NCBI GenBank assembly: GCA_002327985.1
Contig: DCVM01000012.1
Coordinates: 29-64,028, forward strand
From: Syntrophaceae bacterium UBA2188
GTDB lineage: Bacteria; Desulfobacterota; BSN033; UBA1163
Direction: 5' to 3'
Length of the DNA: 64,000 nt
How positions within the stretch are numbered: position 1 is the stretch's first letter; every line of letters starts with the position of its first letter. The notes beneath the pieces were generated by a model. It was given only the letters and a program-made list of their open reading frames with translations. It was not told where the DNA came from and ran no database searches. Below are positions 10,283 through 19,999 of this stretch, piece after piece. The translations under genes were made by a program, and so were the position numbers.

Positions 10283-11272
10283 TCAATTCTTAGCTTGTCT
10301 TGATCTAACGATATCTTTGACAGCAGAAATGATGTCAGCCTCCTGTGGTAGGACAGCATTCTCCACAACTGTCCCCCAGGGGATTGGCGTAAATGCCGCT
10401 CCAATACGTCTTATCGGAGCATCTAAATAATCAAATAAATGTTCCACAACGCTCGCCGCTATCTCAGCCCCAAACCCACTTATCTTCACCGCCTCGTGGG
10501 CAATTACCAATTTCCCCGTTTTTTTGACAGAGCTTTCAATCGTCTTCATATCTAAAGGAATTAACGTCCGAAGATCGATAATTTCAATGTTGATTCCCTC
10601 CCTGGCAAGTTTCTCAGCGCTCGTTGCAACTTTAAAAAACAACTGCCCCCATGTAACAACAGTGACATCGGACCCCTCTCTCTTGACATCCGCTTGACCT
10701 AACGGAAGAGTATATTCTTCTTCGGGAATTTCCCCTTTTGCCCGTAAAAACTTATGTTCAATAAAAATGATCGGGTTGTCATCCCTAATGGAAGATTTGA
10801 GAAGGCCTTTCACATCATATGGGGTGCTTGGATATACGACTTTTAAACCAGGAACATGACAAAACCAGGATTCTAAACTCTGCGAGTGACCAGGACCAGC
10901 GCTTACTCCACCCCCCCCCAATGTACGGAAAACAACAGGTGCTTTACACTGACCGGCAGACATGTATCGCATTTTTGCCGCTGAATTTACAATAGAATCC
11001 ATAGCCAAGGCTGTAAAATCCATAAACATGATTTCTGCCACCGGTCTCAGTCCAGAAATCGCTGCCCCAACTGCGATACCGGCGATAGCTGACTCACTAA
11101 TAGGAGTATCTATTATTCTTTTACTGCCAAATGCTTCAAACAAACCCTTGGTAGCGTTAAAACTTCCGCCTGAGATTCCAACATCTTCACCCATGACGAT
11201 AACGCTATCGTCTCTTGCCAACTCCTCTCTTAATGCCTCATTGATCGCTTTAACATATGTAATTTCTTTCAT
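10283..11272 (-). CDS. TPP-dependent 2-oxoacid/acetoin dehydrogenase E1 component beta subunit (AcoB-like), copy 1
   Basis: Transketolase-like pyrimidine-binding N-terminus MKEITYVKAINEALREEL...VIVMGEDVG, 329 aa. Confidence 0.85.
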   Translation of the reverse strand: MKEITYVKAINEALREELARDDSVIVMGEDVGISGGSFNATKGLFEAFGSKRIIDTPISESAIAGIAVGAAISGLRPVAEIMFMDFTALAMDSIVNSAAKMRYMSAGQCKAPVVFRTLGGGGVSAGPGHSQSLESWFCHVPGLKVVYPSTPYDVKGLLKSSIRDDNPIIFIEHKFLRAKGEIPEEEYTLPLGQADVKREGSDVTVVTWGQLFFKVATSAEKLAREGINIEIIDLRTLIPLDMKTIESSVKKTGKLVIAHEAVKISGFGAEIAASVVEHLFDYLDAPIRRIGAAFTPIPWGTVVENAVLPQEADIISAVKDIVRSRQAKN

Positions 11273-11289
11273 TTAGATACCCCAGGTTA

Positions 11290-12252
11290 TTAAACATACA
11301 CATTCTGAAATGCTTGCTCCCTACTTGCCACCGGACTGCTTTTTGCAAATTGAATGGCCTCTTCGATCTCTCTCTTTACGGATTCATCCAACTCATTCAT
11401 TGATTCAAGGGTTAGAATTTTTTCATCCATGAGTCGCTTTTGAAACTTACTCAAAGGATCGACCCTACGTGCCTCTTCGATGTCTTTTGGGTCTCGATAT
11501 TTTTGGGGATCGCCGATATAGTGTCCCTCCCAACGCCTTACCTTACATTCTATTAATGTTGGACCATCCCCTTTTCTCGCCCTCGCTATTGCCTCTCTTG
11601 CTACCTCATAAACTTCCAAAATATCCGTGCCATCCACGACTTTCCCTAACATGTTGTATCCTTCGGCCTTCCGCCATATGTCAACTTGGGACGCGGTCGC
11701 TTTTTGGGGGGTAAATTGTGCCCAACCATTATTTTCAACGACAAAGACGATAGGTAATTTCCATAGCGAAGCGATATTCAAGCTTTCGTGGAAATTTCCT
11801 TCATCCACAGTACCGTCCCCGAAAATACAGATAACCACCTGATCGGACTTTCTGTATTGGCAAGCAAGCGCTACTCCAACAGCAACAGGAATTTGACCCC
11901 CAAGAGTTCCACTTTGTCCAAGTATCCCATATTTCAAATCGAAATAGTGCATCTCACCAGATATCCCTTCACAGGGGCCATTCTTTCTCCCTAACGCCTC
12001 AGCCATAAATCGCTTTAGGGGGACCCTTTTTCCAATGATTATTGCGCGCCCCCGGTGAGTGTTATTGATGTAGTCTTCTGGTTCAAGATATGCAGTGACG
12101 CCCACACCAACGGCCTCTTGCCCGAGATTAGAGTGAAACCAACCCGCAACTTCACCCGTAGTCATTAACTCAATGAGCTTTTCCTCTAATCTCCTTGTTT
12201 TCAACAAGAGTGTAAAAAGTTCCTTTTTCTTCTCATTGCTGACTTCACCCAT
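11290..12252 (-). CDS. TPP-dependent acetoin/2-oxoacid dehydrogenase E1 component alpha subunit (AcoA-like), copy 1
   Basis: TPP-binding GDGTVDEGNFHESLN...VENNGWA motif, 320 aa (AcoA-sized, shorter than BCKDH/PDH E1alpha). Confidence 0.85.
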   Translation of the reverse strand: MGEVSNEKKKELFTLLLKTRRLEEKLIELMTTGEVAGWFHSNLGQEAVGVGVTAYLEPEDYINNTHRGRAIIIGKRVPLKRFMAEALGRKNGPCEGISGEMHYFDLKYGILGQSGTLGGQIPVAVGVALACQYRKSDQVVICIFGDGTVDEGNFHESLNIASLWKLPIVFVVENNGWAQFTPQKATASQVDIWRKAEGYNMLGKVVDGTDILEVYEVAREAIARARKGDGPTLIECKVRRWEGHYIGDPQKYRDPKDIEEARRVDPLSKFQKRLMDEKILTLESMNELDESVKREIEEAIQFAKSSPVASREQAFQNVYV

Positions 12253-12274
12253 ATCGAACCTCTCTTCACCATTT

Positions 12275-13414
12275 TTATCCTGCAGAAAAAAGTTGTTTCG
12301 CTACTATCTCCCGATGGAAATCACTATCGCCAAACGTAATTTCAGCCATTCTACCCATTCTGAAATAAAGGGGCATGTCATGATCCTCGCAATATCCCAC
12401 TCCACCGATGACCTGATGCCCTAAAGCGACAATTCTTCTAAATGCATCATTGCACCAAGCCTTTGCAATCGACACTTCCTTTTCGTAGGGGATGTCCTCA
12501 TCAATCATCCAAGCCCCCTTGTAGGTGACCCACCTACAACCATCAAGGTCAACCAACATATTGCTACAATGATGCTGGATGGCCTGAAAACTACCTATGG
12601 GCTTTCCAAACTGAACCCTTTTCTTTGCATAGGAAACAGCCATATCCAGAACCTGTTGGCCTCCCCCAACCATCTCAGCACATTTGGCCAGGGCTGCTTT
12701 TTGCAGAATTTTTTTTAAGAGTCCCCAACCTTTATTTAATTCACCAAGCACATTTTCCTTGGGTACTCTTACTTTGTTAAAGAAAATTTCATATTGTTTA
12801 TCTTTTGCCATGGTATTAAGAAGCGTATATTTTATTCCTTCGGCTTTTCCATCTATGACAAAAAGTGTAATTCCATCTTCCGGATCTTTTCCCTTTTCGG
12901 TTCTGGCGACACATAACAGGTAATCCGCAACATGGGCATTCGGAACGAACAATTTAGTCCCATGAACGATGAAGCTTTCTCCTTTGGCTTTGGCAGTTAC
13001 TGTAATTGAAGATGGATCATAATCACTTTCGGATTCGGTTATGGCCAAAGTGGCGATTAATTCTCCTTTAGCTATTTTAGGCAACAGCTCTTGCTTTTGT
13101 TGTTTGGTACCAGCTTCTAATATGGTTAATCCTCCTAAAACAACTGTTGAGAAAAAGGGACCTGGAAGGCAGGCACGCCCCATCTCCTCAAGTAACAAAA
13201 TCAATTCCATGAAGTTTCCACCTGTGCCACCAAACTCCTCTGGGAAGATGAGTGCCATCCAACCTAACTCTGCCATTTGGCGCCACAACTCATCTGAATA
13301 ACCTTTCGTGCCTTCAACCATCTCCCTTAATAAGGAACTAGGACATTTATCCATTAAAAATTGTCGAGCACTTTTTCGTATTAATTGTTGCTCTTCGGTA
13401 AATTTAATATCCAT
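12275..13414 (-). CDS. acyl-CoA dehydrogenase
   Basis: 379 aa ACAD fold; N-terminal MDIKFTEEQQLIRKSARQFL, C-terminal FGDSDFHREIVAKQL typical of ACAD. Confidence 0.85.
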   Translation of the reverse strand: MDIKFTEEQQLIRKSARQFLMDKCPSSLLREMVEGTKGYSDELWRQMAELGWMALIFPEEFGGTGGNFMELILLLEEMGRACLPGPFFSTVVLGGLTILEAGTKQQKQELLPKIAKGELIATLAITESESDYDPSSITVTAKAKGESFIVHGTKLFVPNAHVADYLLCVARTEKGKDPEDGITLFVIDGKAEGIKYTLLNTMAKDKQYEIFFNKVRVPKENVLGELNKGWGLLKKILQKAALAKCAEMVGGGQQVLDMAVSYAKKRVQFGKPIGSFQAIQHHCSNMLVDLDGCRWVTYKGAWMIDEDIPYEKEVSIAKAWCNDAFRRIVALGHQVIGGVGYCEDHDMPLYFRMGRMAEITFGDSDFHREIVAKQLFSAG

Positions 13415-13461
13415 TTCTTAACACCTCATGTAAACTGTATAAGTTGAAAAATTAGCCACAT

Positions 13462-14637
13462 TTAATTCCTCGGCAACCCAAGACCTCGTGTAGCCGTGAG
13501 ATTTCTAATAATTTCACTGGTACCTCCACCGATGGTATAGACGACAGACATCCGGCATAATCTTGATATCTCACCTCTCAGTGGAACCCACTTAGAATCC
13601 TCATCTAAACGACCAAAGAACCCCAAAATCTCCATGCCGGTATATGCAAGACGCTGGTACAACTCACTTATAAATAGCTTGCTGATTCCTGACTCGTAGT
13701 CCGGAGATCGCCCTTCAAACAACATTGCGAATGCGCGATATTCAAGGCATTTTGAAACTTCGATCTCAATCGCCATTTGAGCTAACTTGTTTCTCACCAA
13801 GGGATCTTCAGTCATCAACTTTCCATTTCTTCGCGTTTGCCTGGTATATTCAATAATTCTATTTAAGATGGGTACGAGCCTTTCTGTCTGAGACATCATT
13901 AAACGTTCATAATTTAACGCCTCTATCATGTAGTAAAATCCTCTGTTCTTTTCACCCACTAATCGGTTTTTAGGGACTCTTACATCGTCATAGAATACCT
14001 CATTGGTTCTTTCACCCCCCAGTGTCCATATTGGTGTAATGGTGATACCTGGACTCCGTTGATCCACGACAAATAGACTGATGGACTCATGTTTAGGTGC
14101 ATTCAAATCAGTTTTTGCTGCTAACCAATGATAGTCTGCGTAATGAGACTCTGTATTAAATGTTTTTTGTCCGGTGATTAGATAACAATCCTCTTTTTCT
14201 ACAGCGACCATTTGCATAGCTAACAAATCAGACCCAGCCGGAGGTTCAGTATACCCTAAGCCAAATTCTATCTCCCCTCTTGCAATTCGAGGTAGAAATT
14301 CTCTTTTCATCTCTTCAGAGCCATGGTGAAGGATGGTGGGTCCAGACATAAACCGGGCCACTTCATTGGGTATATGGACCTCATGCCGAGCAAACTCCTG
14401 TACAAGAATGAAATCGTGGATGATCGAGCCGTCACTCCCACCGTACTCCTTAGGCCAGCCCAATCCCAACCAACCTTTCGCCCCTAACTTAAGAGCAAAG
14501 GCTCGGCCTTCTGGCCCTAAGCCTTTATCGATTGCATACTGCCGGCGAATTTCGTCGGTTAATTCTTTATCTAAGAAATCGCTCACTTCCTGTCGAAACT
14601 TCTCTTCTTCCGGTGTCGACGTCAAATTGAAATTCAT
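13462..14637 (-). CDS. acyl-CoA dehydrogenase
   Basis: 391 aa; ACAD N-terminal helical domain MNFNLTSTPEEEKFRQEVSDFL, C-terminal IGGGTSEIIRN. Confidence 0.85.
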   Translation of the reverse strand: MNFNLTSTPEEEKFRQEVSDFLDKELTDEIRRQYAIDKGLGPEGRAFALKLGAKGWLGLGWPKEYGGSDGSIIHDFILVQEFARHEVHIPNEVARFMSGPTILHHGSEEMKREFLPRIARGEIEFGLGYTEPPAGSDLLAMQMVAVEKEDCYLITGQKTFNTESHYADYHWLAAKTDLNAPKHESISLFVVDQRSPGITITPIWTLGGERTNEVFYDDVRVPKNRLVGEKNRGFYYMIEALNYERLMMSQTERLVPILNRIIEYTRQTRRNGKLMTEDPLVRNKLAQMAIEIEVSKCLEYRAFAMLFEGRSPDYESGISKLFISELYQRLAYTGMEILGFFGRLDEDSKWVPLRGEISRLCRMSVVYTIGGGTSEIIRNLTATRGLGLPRN

Positions 14638-14734
14638 AAACTCCCCTCAACCCTTTCATATTTTTTTAAAATCAATAAATTTCTTTACTTTTTTCCCATT
14701 TTTACCGATCTCTTCCCCTTTCTCTAAATCATTT

Positions 14735-15406
14735 TTATCCAACGATGCCCAACCCCCTTAAGATAAAATCCATCAAAAAATCAATATTTTTCTTGTTTGA
14801 TCTTTTCTTAAGATTCCATCCCCTTAAGGCAAGGAAGACTGAAAGAAAAGCAATAAGATTTGCTGAAAAATCTTTATCTGTTTTGATTTTTTTCTTCTCA
14901 TATGCCTTTTCCAATACCTGGCGCCAAAAGCCAACGATAAGCTTGTCGTCGAGTGACAGGACCTCATGCAAATATCTCTTTTCCATATATTTGCTCTCGG
15001 TGTAAACAAATAACAATAATTTTTTGTTCTTCGTTATAAACTCAATGGTTCGACGCAGGGCAATTTCCAATAATTTCAAAGGGTCCTTGATTTTCTCAAC
15101 ACCAGACCGTTCGATATTTTCATACCATTTCATTGCAATATATTTGTTCACCAGAAATAAGACATCATCTTTTGAGGATATATAATGGTACAATTTCCCC
15201 ATTGACATCCCACATTCTTGCGCTATTTCACGTATCGTTGTAGGATGAAATCCCTTCTTAAAAAATAATCTACAGGCCCCTTCGATGATCTGCTCATGTC
15301 TGATATCAATCAGTTTTTCATTTTTAGCAGATAATTTAACCAAACCTCTTTGGTGGGACGCTTTAGTGTGTTTGCTACTGACCGATTTTCCTCCAGACGT
15401 TTCCAT
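14735..15406 (-). CDS. TetR family transcriptional regulator
   Basis: HTH region FFKKGFHPTTIREIAQECGMSMGKLYHYISSKDDVLF; embedded between lipB and the ACAD genes; start uncertain (overlaps lipB by about 30 nt). Confidence 0.75.
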   Translation of the reverse strand: METSGGKSVSSKHTKASHQRGLVKLSAKNEKLIDIRHEQIIEGACRLFFKKGFHPTTIREIAQECGMSMGKLYHYISSKDDVLFLVNKYIAMKWYENIERSGVEKIKDPLKLLEIALRRTIEFITKNKKLLLFVYTESKYMEKRYLHEVLSLDDKLIVGFWRQVLEKAYEKKKIKTDKDFSANLIAFLSVFLALRGWNLKKRSNKKNIDFLMDFILRGLGIVG

Positions 15407-16103
15407 AGAAATCTCCTATCGTTGTTTCATATGGCCCTGCCCATTCTCTTCTCTCTCCGACAAGCTCCACCTGGACATCGAAAACTTCCGAAAAAAAGTT
15501 TATTAATTTCTTTGTTACTGTTTCCATCGATATATTTTTTGCAAGAATCTCAACAATAGAGGTCGCTTTTTGCCCAAGAATGCCACAGGGATTGATGTTT
15601 AGGAAATGTCCCAATTTAGGTTTTACGTTGAGGGCAAACCCATGCATCGTAATCCATTTTCTTATGCTCAGTCCGATGGAAGCTATCTGTTCTTCATTTA
15701 CCCAGATCCCGGCATGGTCGTTTTTTCGGTTGGCAGGGATACAGAAACTGTTTAAGGTTCTTAGGATGACTTCCTCAAGATCTCGAACGTATTGATGAAT
15801 ATCTCTATTCCTTTCTTTCAGGTTTAAAATCGGATAACCCACCAATTGCCCAGGACCATGGTAGGTCACATCGCCCCCTCTATCAGTGAAAAACAAAGAA
15901 ATATGCTCTTTGGAAAGTTCTTCTTGGGGGACAAGGACATGATCTAAGTCGCCGGATTTACCGACGGTAATGGTCGGTGGATGCTCCAAAAGGAGAAGCA
16001 TATCTGACATCTTTCCATCCATTCTTTCACGATGAAGCTTTCTCTGTAAGAACGTGGCGGCTTGATACTCTATTAATCCGAGCTGATAAACAATGCATTT
16101 CAT
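15375..16103 (-). CDS. lipB: octanoyltransferase (lipoyl(octanoyl) transferase)
   Basis: LipB motifs LLLEHPPTITVG, GGDVTYHGPGQLVGYPI; likely start at MKCIVYQLG. Confidence 0.75.
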   Translation of the reverse strand: MKCIVYQLGLIEYQAATFLQRKLHRERMDGKMSDMLLLLEHPPTITVGKSGDLDHVLVPQEELSKEHISLFFTDRGGDVTYHGPGQLVGYPILNLKERNRDIHQYVRDLEEVILRTLNSFCIPANRKNDHAGIWVNEEQIASIGLSIRKWITMHGFALNVKPKLGHFLNINPCGILGQKATSIVEILAKNISMETVTKKLINFFSEVFDVQVELVGERREWAGPYETTIGDFYGNVWRKIGQ

Positions 16104-16135
16104 AGATGGACGATTACTCCGTTGTCCCCTCTTCT

Positions 16136-17515
16136 TCAGGGAATAGCGCCTCTTGCCACTTCCCAAAATATTTCTGATAAAGTCGGATGAAGATGCAAGA
16201 CACTACTGAGGTCCTCAAGGGTCATCTCTAATTTCATTGCCACCGTTGCCTCTGCAATCAGTTCATTCGCCTGGGGTCCTATCATATGCACCCCTAATAT
16301 CTGCCCATATTTAGTATCGGTAATGATCTTAACCATCCCAATTCTTTGCCCAAGGATCGTCGCAAGGCTGTTGCCAGCAAATGGATACTTTTCGACTTTT
16401 ACCTGGCGCCCTTGCACAATGGCCTCCTCTTCTGTCAAGCCCACACCCGAAATTTCGGGAAAGGTATGGGTCCCGTATGGAATAGCTTTGTAATCCACTT
16501 CTGTATATTTGCCCATAGCATTTTCTGCAGCCACCATTCCTTCAACATAAGCGACATGGGTCCACATTTGCTGCATGGTCACATCACCTGCGGCAAGTAT
16601 GGTCGGAACGTTTGTCTGCATGCGTCTGTTCACAGCGATACCTTTTTTGTCATTTAGGGTAATCCCCACTTTATTCAAATCAATTTCTTTGAGGTTGGAC
16701 ACCCTTTCTTCTGCAACCGCCAGATGTTGAGTGTCTAATTGTATCTCTTTGCCTTTAACGCTCACTCCCACACTCTTTTCCTCTGATCCCTTATCTTCTA
16801 CTTTATCTACATGTGCTTCCGTGTAGGTCTTAATCTTGCTATTCTCTAACTCCTTCTCAAAAATAGAGACTATCTCTCGATCAAGTTGATGGAGTATCTT
16901 TGGAGACTCTTCAAGGAGGGTGATTTGGGTTCCCAATTTAGAGAAGATGGTTGCAATAGAAGCCCCTATGAAGCCGCCCCCGATGATTATCATGGATTTA
17001 GGAACCACTTTAAATTCAAGCAATTCATTTGGAGTGATGATTTTTTCTCCACCGGGAATCGAAGGTTTCTTCCATTCTGACCCTGTCGCAATGATAATCT
17101 TTCGGGCCGTGATTTCCTTCCTACCTCCATCCTTCAATTGCACCTCAAGCTTTGATGGTGAAAGAAGTCTCCCAATACCTTCAATGACCTCCACCCCATT
17201 GGCTGAAAAACTTTGTTTTAGCCCTGTTAATAAGGTCCTAATGATGATATTCTTGCGTGAGATCATTTTCGAAAGGTCAATTTCTGTCTCTTTGTAATTT
17301 ACCCCATAGTCTTTGGCATATCTGGTTAAATCAACCATCTCCGCCATCCTTAATAGGGCCCTGACAGGGATACAGCCCCTGTTTATACAAGTTCCCCCCA
17401 AAGCATCGTTTTCTATAAGCGTAGCCTTTCCACCGAGCTGAGATACTTTTAACGCAGCCTGATATCCAGCGGATCCACCACCAAGTATGACGACATCTCT
17501 TTCTTCCATCTTCAA
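16136..17515 (-). CDS. lpdA: dihydrolipoyl dehydrogenase (E3)
   Basis: FAD fold VVILGGGSAGY, redox-active disulfide GGTCINRGCIP, 459 aa, C-terminal HAHPTLSE. Confidence 0.9.
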   Translation of the reverse strand: MKMEERDVVILGGGSAGYQAALKVSQLGGKATLIENDALGGTCINRGCIPVRALLRMAEMVDLTRYAKDYGVNYKETEIDLSKMISRKNIIIRTLLTGLKQSFSANGVEVIEGIGRLLSPSKLEVQLKDGGRKEITARKIIIATGSEWKKPSIPGGEKIITPNELLEFKVVPKSMIIIGGGFIGASIATIFSKLGTQITLLEESPKILHQLDREIVSIFEKELENSKIKTYTEAHVDKVEDKGSEEKSVGVSVKGKEIQLDTQHLAVAEERVSNLKEIDLNKVGITLNDKKGIAVNRRMQTNVPTILAAGDVTMQQMWTHVAYVEGMVAAENAMGKYTEVDYKAIPYGTHTFPEISGVGLTEEEAIVQGRQVKVEKYPFAGNSLATILGQRIGMVKIITDTKYGQILGVHMIGPQANELIAEATVAMKLEMTLEDLSSVLHLHPTLSEIFWEVARGAIP

Positions 17516-17548
17516 TTCCCTTCCATTTTCTTCTGATTCCTATTTATG

Positions 17549-18862
17549 TTAAACCAGCAGGAGACCGGATGTTGCTATGAGTTCTTTAAGCCTAAACAAG
17601 AAATTCTCCGCCACAGCACCATCAATCACTCTATGATCAAAGGTTAAACTGAAAGGTATCATCCGCGCGATCACAATCTGCCCATCTCTCACCAAAGGCC
17701 TCTCTATAATCGGACCAGCTCCTAAAATCGCTGATTCTGGCTGATTGATGATTGGGGTCTGAAAATAGCTAACCCCCCTCCCCCCAATACTCGTCAGTGT
17801 AAATGTCCCCCCTGTCACATCGTCAGGCATAAGCTTACCCGCTTGCGCCTTCTCAACCATCTCTTTGATCATCTTCGATATCTCGACAAGACTCTTCTGA
17901 TCGGCATTCTTGATCACCGGCACAATTAACCCCTTCTCCCCTTTTTCACCGAGGCTGACAGCCACCCCAATGTTGATATCTTCCCAAACCTTTATTTCGT
18001 TATCAATCAGACTGCTATTTAACAAAGGATGATCTTTAAGGGCTTTGGCAATGGCAAAGACCAGTAAATCCGTATAGGTGATTCTCACCCCAACGGTTCT
18101 CTCCTGGCTTAATAAATTCTCCCGAAGTTTCACAAAATCCGTCGCATCAAACTCACCCATCACTGTAAGTTGAGCGGAAACGGATAAACTCCGAACCATA
18201 TGCTCAGAAATCGATTTTCTCATCCCTTTCAGGGGTATCGTGGCTTTCACTCTTTTACCTAAAGAAACCTCGGGAGGTAATTGGATCGGTTCCACCTTTT
18301 TCTTTTCTTCTATTGCTTTCTCGACATCCTCCCTTGTAATCCTTCCCCCAGGACCCGTCCCCAGCACTTTCGATATATCGATCATGTGCTCCTCTGCCAT
18401 TTTACGGGCAACTGGAGATATCCGAATACGCTCTCCTTCGCTAGGCATCTCTTTGGACGCTCCCCCAGTAGCTATTTGTGTTGAAAATTGAGCGACTTCA
18501 CCGGAGGGAGCTTCTTGCCCTTTCACTCCGCTTGCGTATATTTCTTTTGGTGGCTCCTTCTGAAGCCTTTCAAATTCATCCTTTGTTTCGACGATTAGGC
18601 CAACAATCCTGGCTACTTCTACTTGAATCCCTTCTTCCACAAGAATGTGTAAAAATCCCGAACCTTCAGCGACAACATCCCAACCTGTCTTCTCTGTCTC
18701 AATCGCTAAAACCACACTCCCTTTTTCCACCCAATCCCCTTCTTTTGCCTTCCATTCAATCATTGTTGCATAAACCATATTCATCCCAAGTTTAGGTATC
18801 ACTATTTGAGCTGCCACGTTCATTCCTCCTGATTTGATAGTGGGGACCAGTCCATAATCCAA
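17549..18862 (-). CDS. dihydrolipoamide acyltransferase (E2, AcoC-like)
   Basis: Lipoyl domain with ETEKTGWDV, peripheral subunit-binding domain, catalytic DHRVIDGA; exact start uncertain (a GTG 15 codons in has an AGGAGG RBS). Confidence 0.85.
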   Translation of the reverse strand: MDYGLVPTIKSGGMNVAAQIVIPKLGMNMVYATMIEWKAKEGDWVEKGSVVLAIETEKTGWDVVAEGSGFLHILVEEGIQVEVARIVGLIVETKDEFERLQKEPPKEIYASGVKGQEAPSGEVAQFSTQIATGGASKEMPSEGERIRISPVARKMAEEHMIDISKVLGTGPGGRITREDVEKAIEEKKKVEPIQLPPEVSLGKRVKATIPLKGMRKSISEHMVRSLSVSAQLTVMGEFDATDFVKLRENLLSQERTVGVRITYTDLLVFAIAKALKDHPLLNSSLIDNEIKVWEDINIGVAVSLGEKGEKGLIVPVIKNADQKSLVEISKMIKEMVEKAQAGKLMPDDVTGGTFTLTSIGGRGVSYFQTPIINQPESAILGAGPIIERPLVRDGQIVIARMIPFSLTFDHRVIDGAVAENFLFRLKELIATSGLLLV

Positions 18863-18914
18863 ACTTACACAAAAAATGGCTCGCTATGCTTGCGAGGCAC
18901 AATAGGGTGGATCA

Positions 18915-19979
18915 TCAATTTTCCTTTTTGCCGTAACCAAGCCTTTCTCCCATGTGCCGACCTGGTTTGAGTAATTCTAACGGTTTCACTTGAAAAGACT
19001 CCTTTATCCCCAAGACTTCTGTGATAGCATCTGCTATATCCTGGGGTTGTGGTAAAGCATAGCACTCCATGAAACCGCCGGGGATCGGGGAATTCGCAGC
19101 CCCAACCCTTTTAATTGGCGCATCCAGGTAATCGAAACCTTTTTCCATAAACTGCATTCCGATCTCAGCTCCCACACTACAGCGCAGCGTGTCTTCGTCA
19201 ACAATAACCAATCGATGCGTCTTTTTAACAGACGATAGGATGGTCTCGATGTCAAGGGGTTCAAGCGTTCTTGGGTCAAGAACCTCCACATCCAGACCTT
19301 TCTCCTGTAATTGGTCAGCCACTTGCAGTGTCATAAAGACCATTAGCCCTGTGGCAACAACAGTCACATCTTTCCCCTCTCTCTTGATATCTGCCTGTCC
19401 GAAGGGGATGGTGTACTCCTCCTCAGGCACAAGGCCCGATGTCCCTGCGCCTACAAGAATCCGATGATAAAGGACGACAGTAGGGTTATTATCTCTGATT
19501 GCCGTCTTTAAAAGTCCTTTGAGGTCATAGGGAGTGGTGGGGATGGCAAGCTTCAATCCCGGGGTATGCATGATATAGCCCTCAAGGCATTGGGAATGCT
19601 CTGGGCCACCACCTCCGAGATATCCCCCAATTCCGGCCAAGAAAGTGACAGGAATGGTAACCTTACCCCCATGGATGTAACGCCACTTGGCTGCTTTATG
19701 AAACAGTTCATCAGCAGCAGGCATGAAGAAATCAACAAATCGGGAGTGGACGATCGGTCGATAACCAGCCAACGCCGCCCCCACACCACAACCCAGGATT
19801 CCCGGTTCGGCTATGGGCACCTCTCTTAACCTCTTCGTACCGAACTTTTCTACCAAACGCACGGGCGTTAATATTGGATCAGCCTGGACATTCAAGCCGA
19901 TGATGAATACTGTTTCATCCCTCGTCATTTCTTCTTCAAGAGCTTCAATAATGGCCTGTACGAATTTAATCTCTCGCAT
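18915..19979 (-). CDS. acetoin-dehydrogenase-type E1 beta subunit, copy 2
   Basis: MREIKFVQAIIEALEEEM... transketolase-like beta subunit, 354 aa. Confidence 0.85.
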   Translation of the reverse strand: MREIKFVQAIIEALEEEMTRDETVFIIGLNVQADPILTPVRLVEKFGTKRLREVPIAEPGILGCGVGAALAGYRPIVHSRFVDFFMPAADELFHKAAKWRYIHGGKVTIPVTFLAGIGGYLGGGGPEHSQCLEGYIMHTPGLKLAIPTTPYDLKGLLKTAIRDNNPTVVLYHRILVGAGTSGLVPEEEYTIPFGQADIKREGKDVTVVATGLMVFMTLQVADQLQEKGLDVEVLDPRTLEPLDIETILSSVKKTHRLVIVDEDTLRCSVGAEIGMQFMEKGFDYLDAPIKRVGAANSPIPGGFMECYALPQPQDIADAITEVLGIKESFQVKPLELLKPGRHMGERLGYGKKEN

Positions 19980-19999
19980 TTTTTCAATCTTCCTTTCTA

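Noticed and set aside
18865-19291. ORFs of 66 and 85 aa overlapping the 5' part of E1 beta copy 2 in other frames
   Set aside because: They are embedded in a strongly supported E1 beta gene and have no independent signals.
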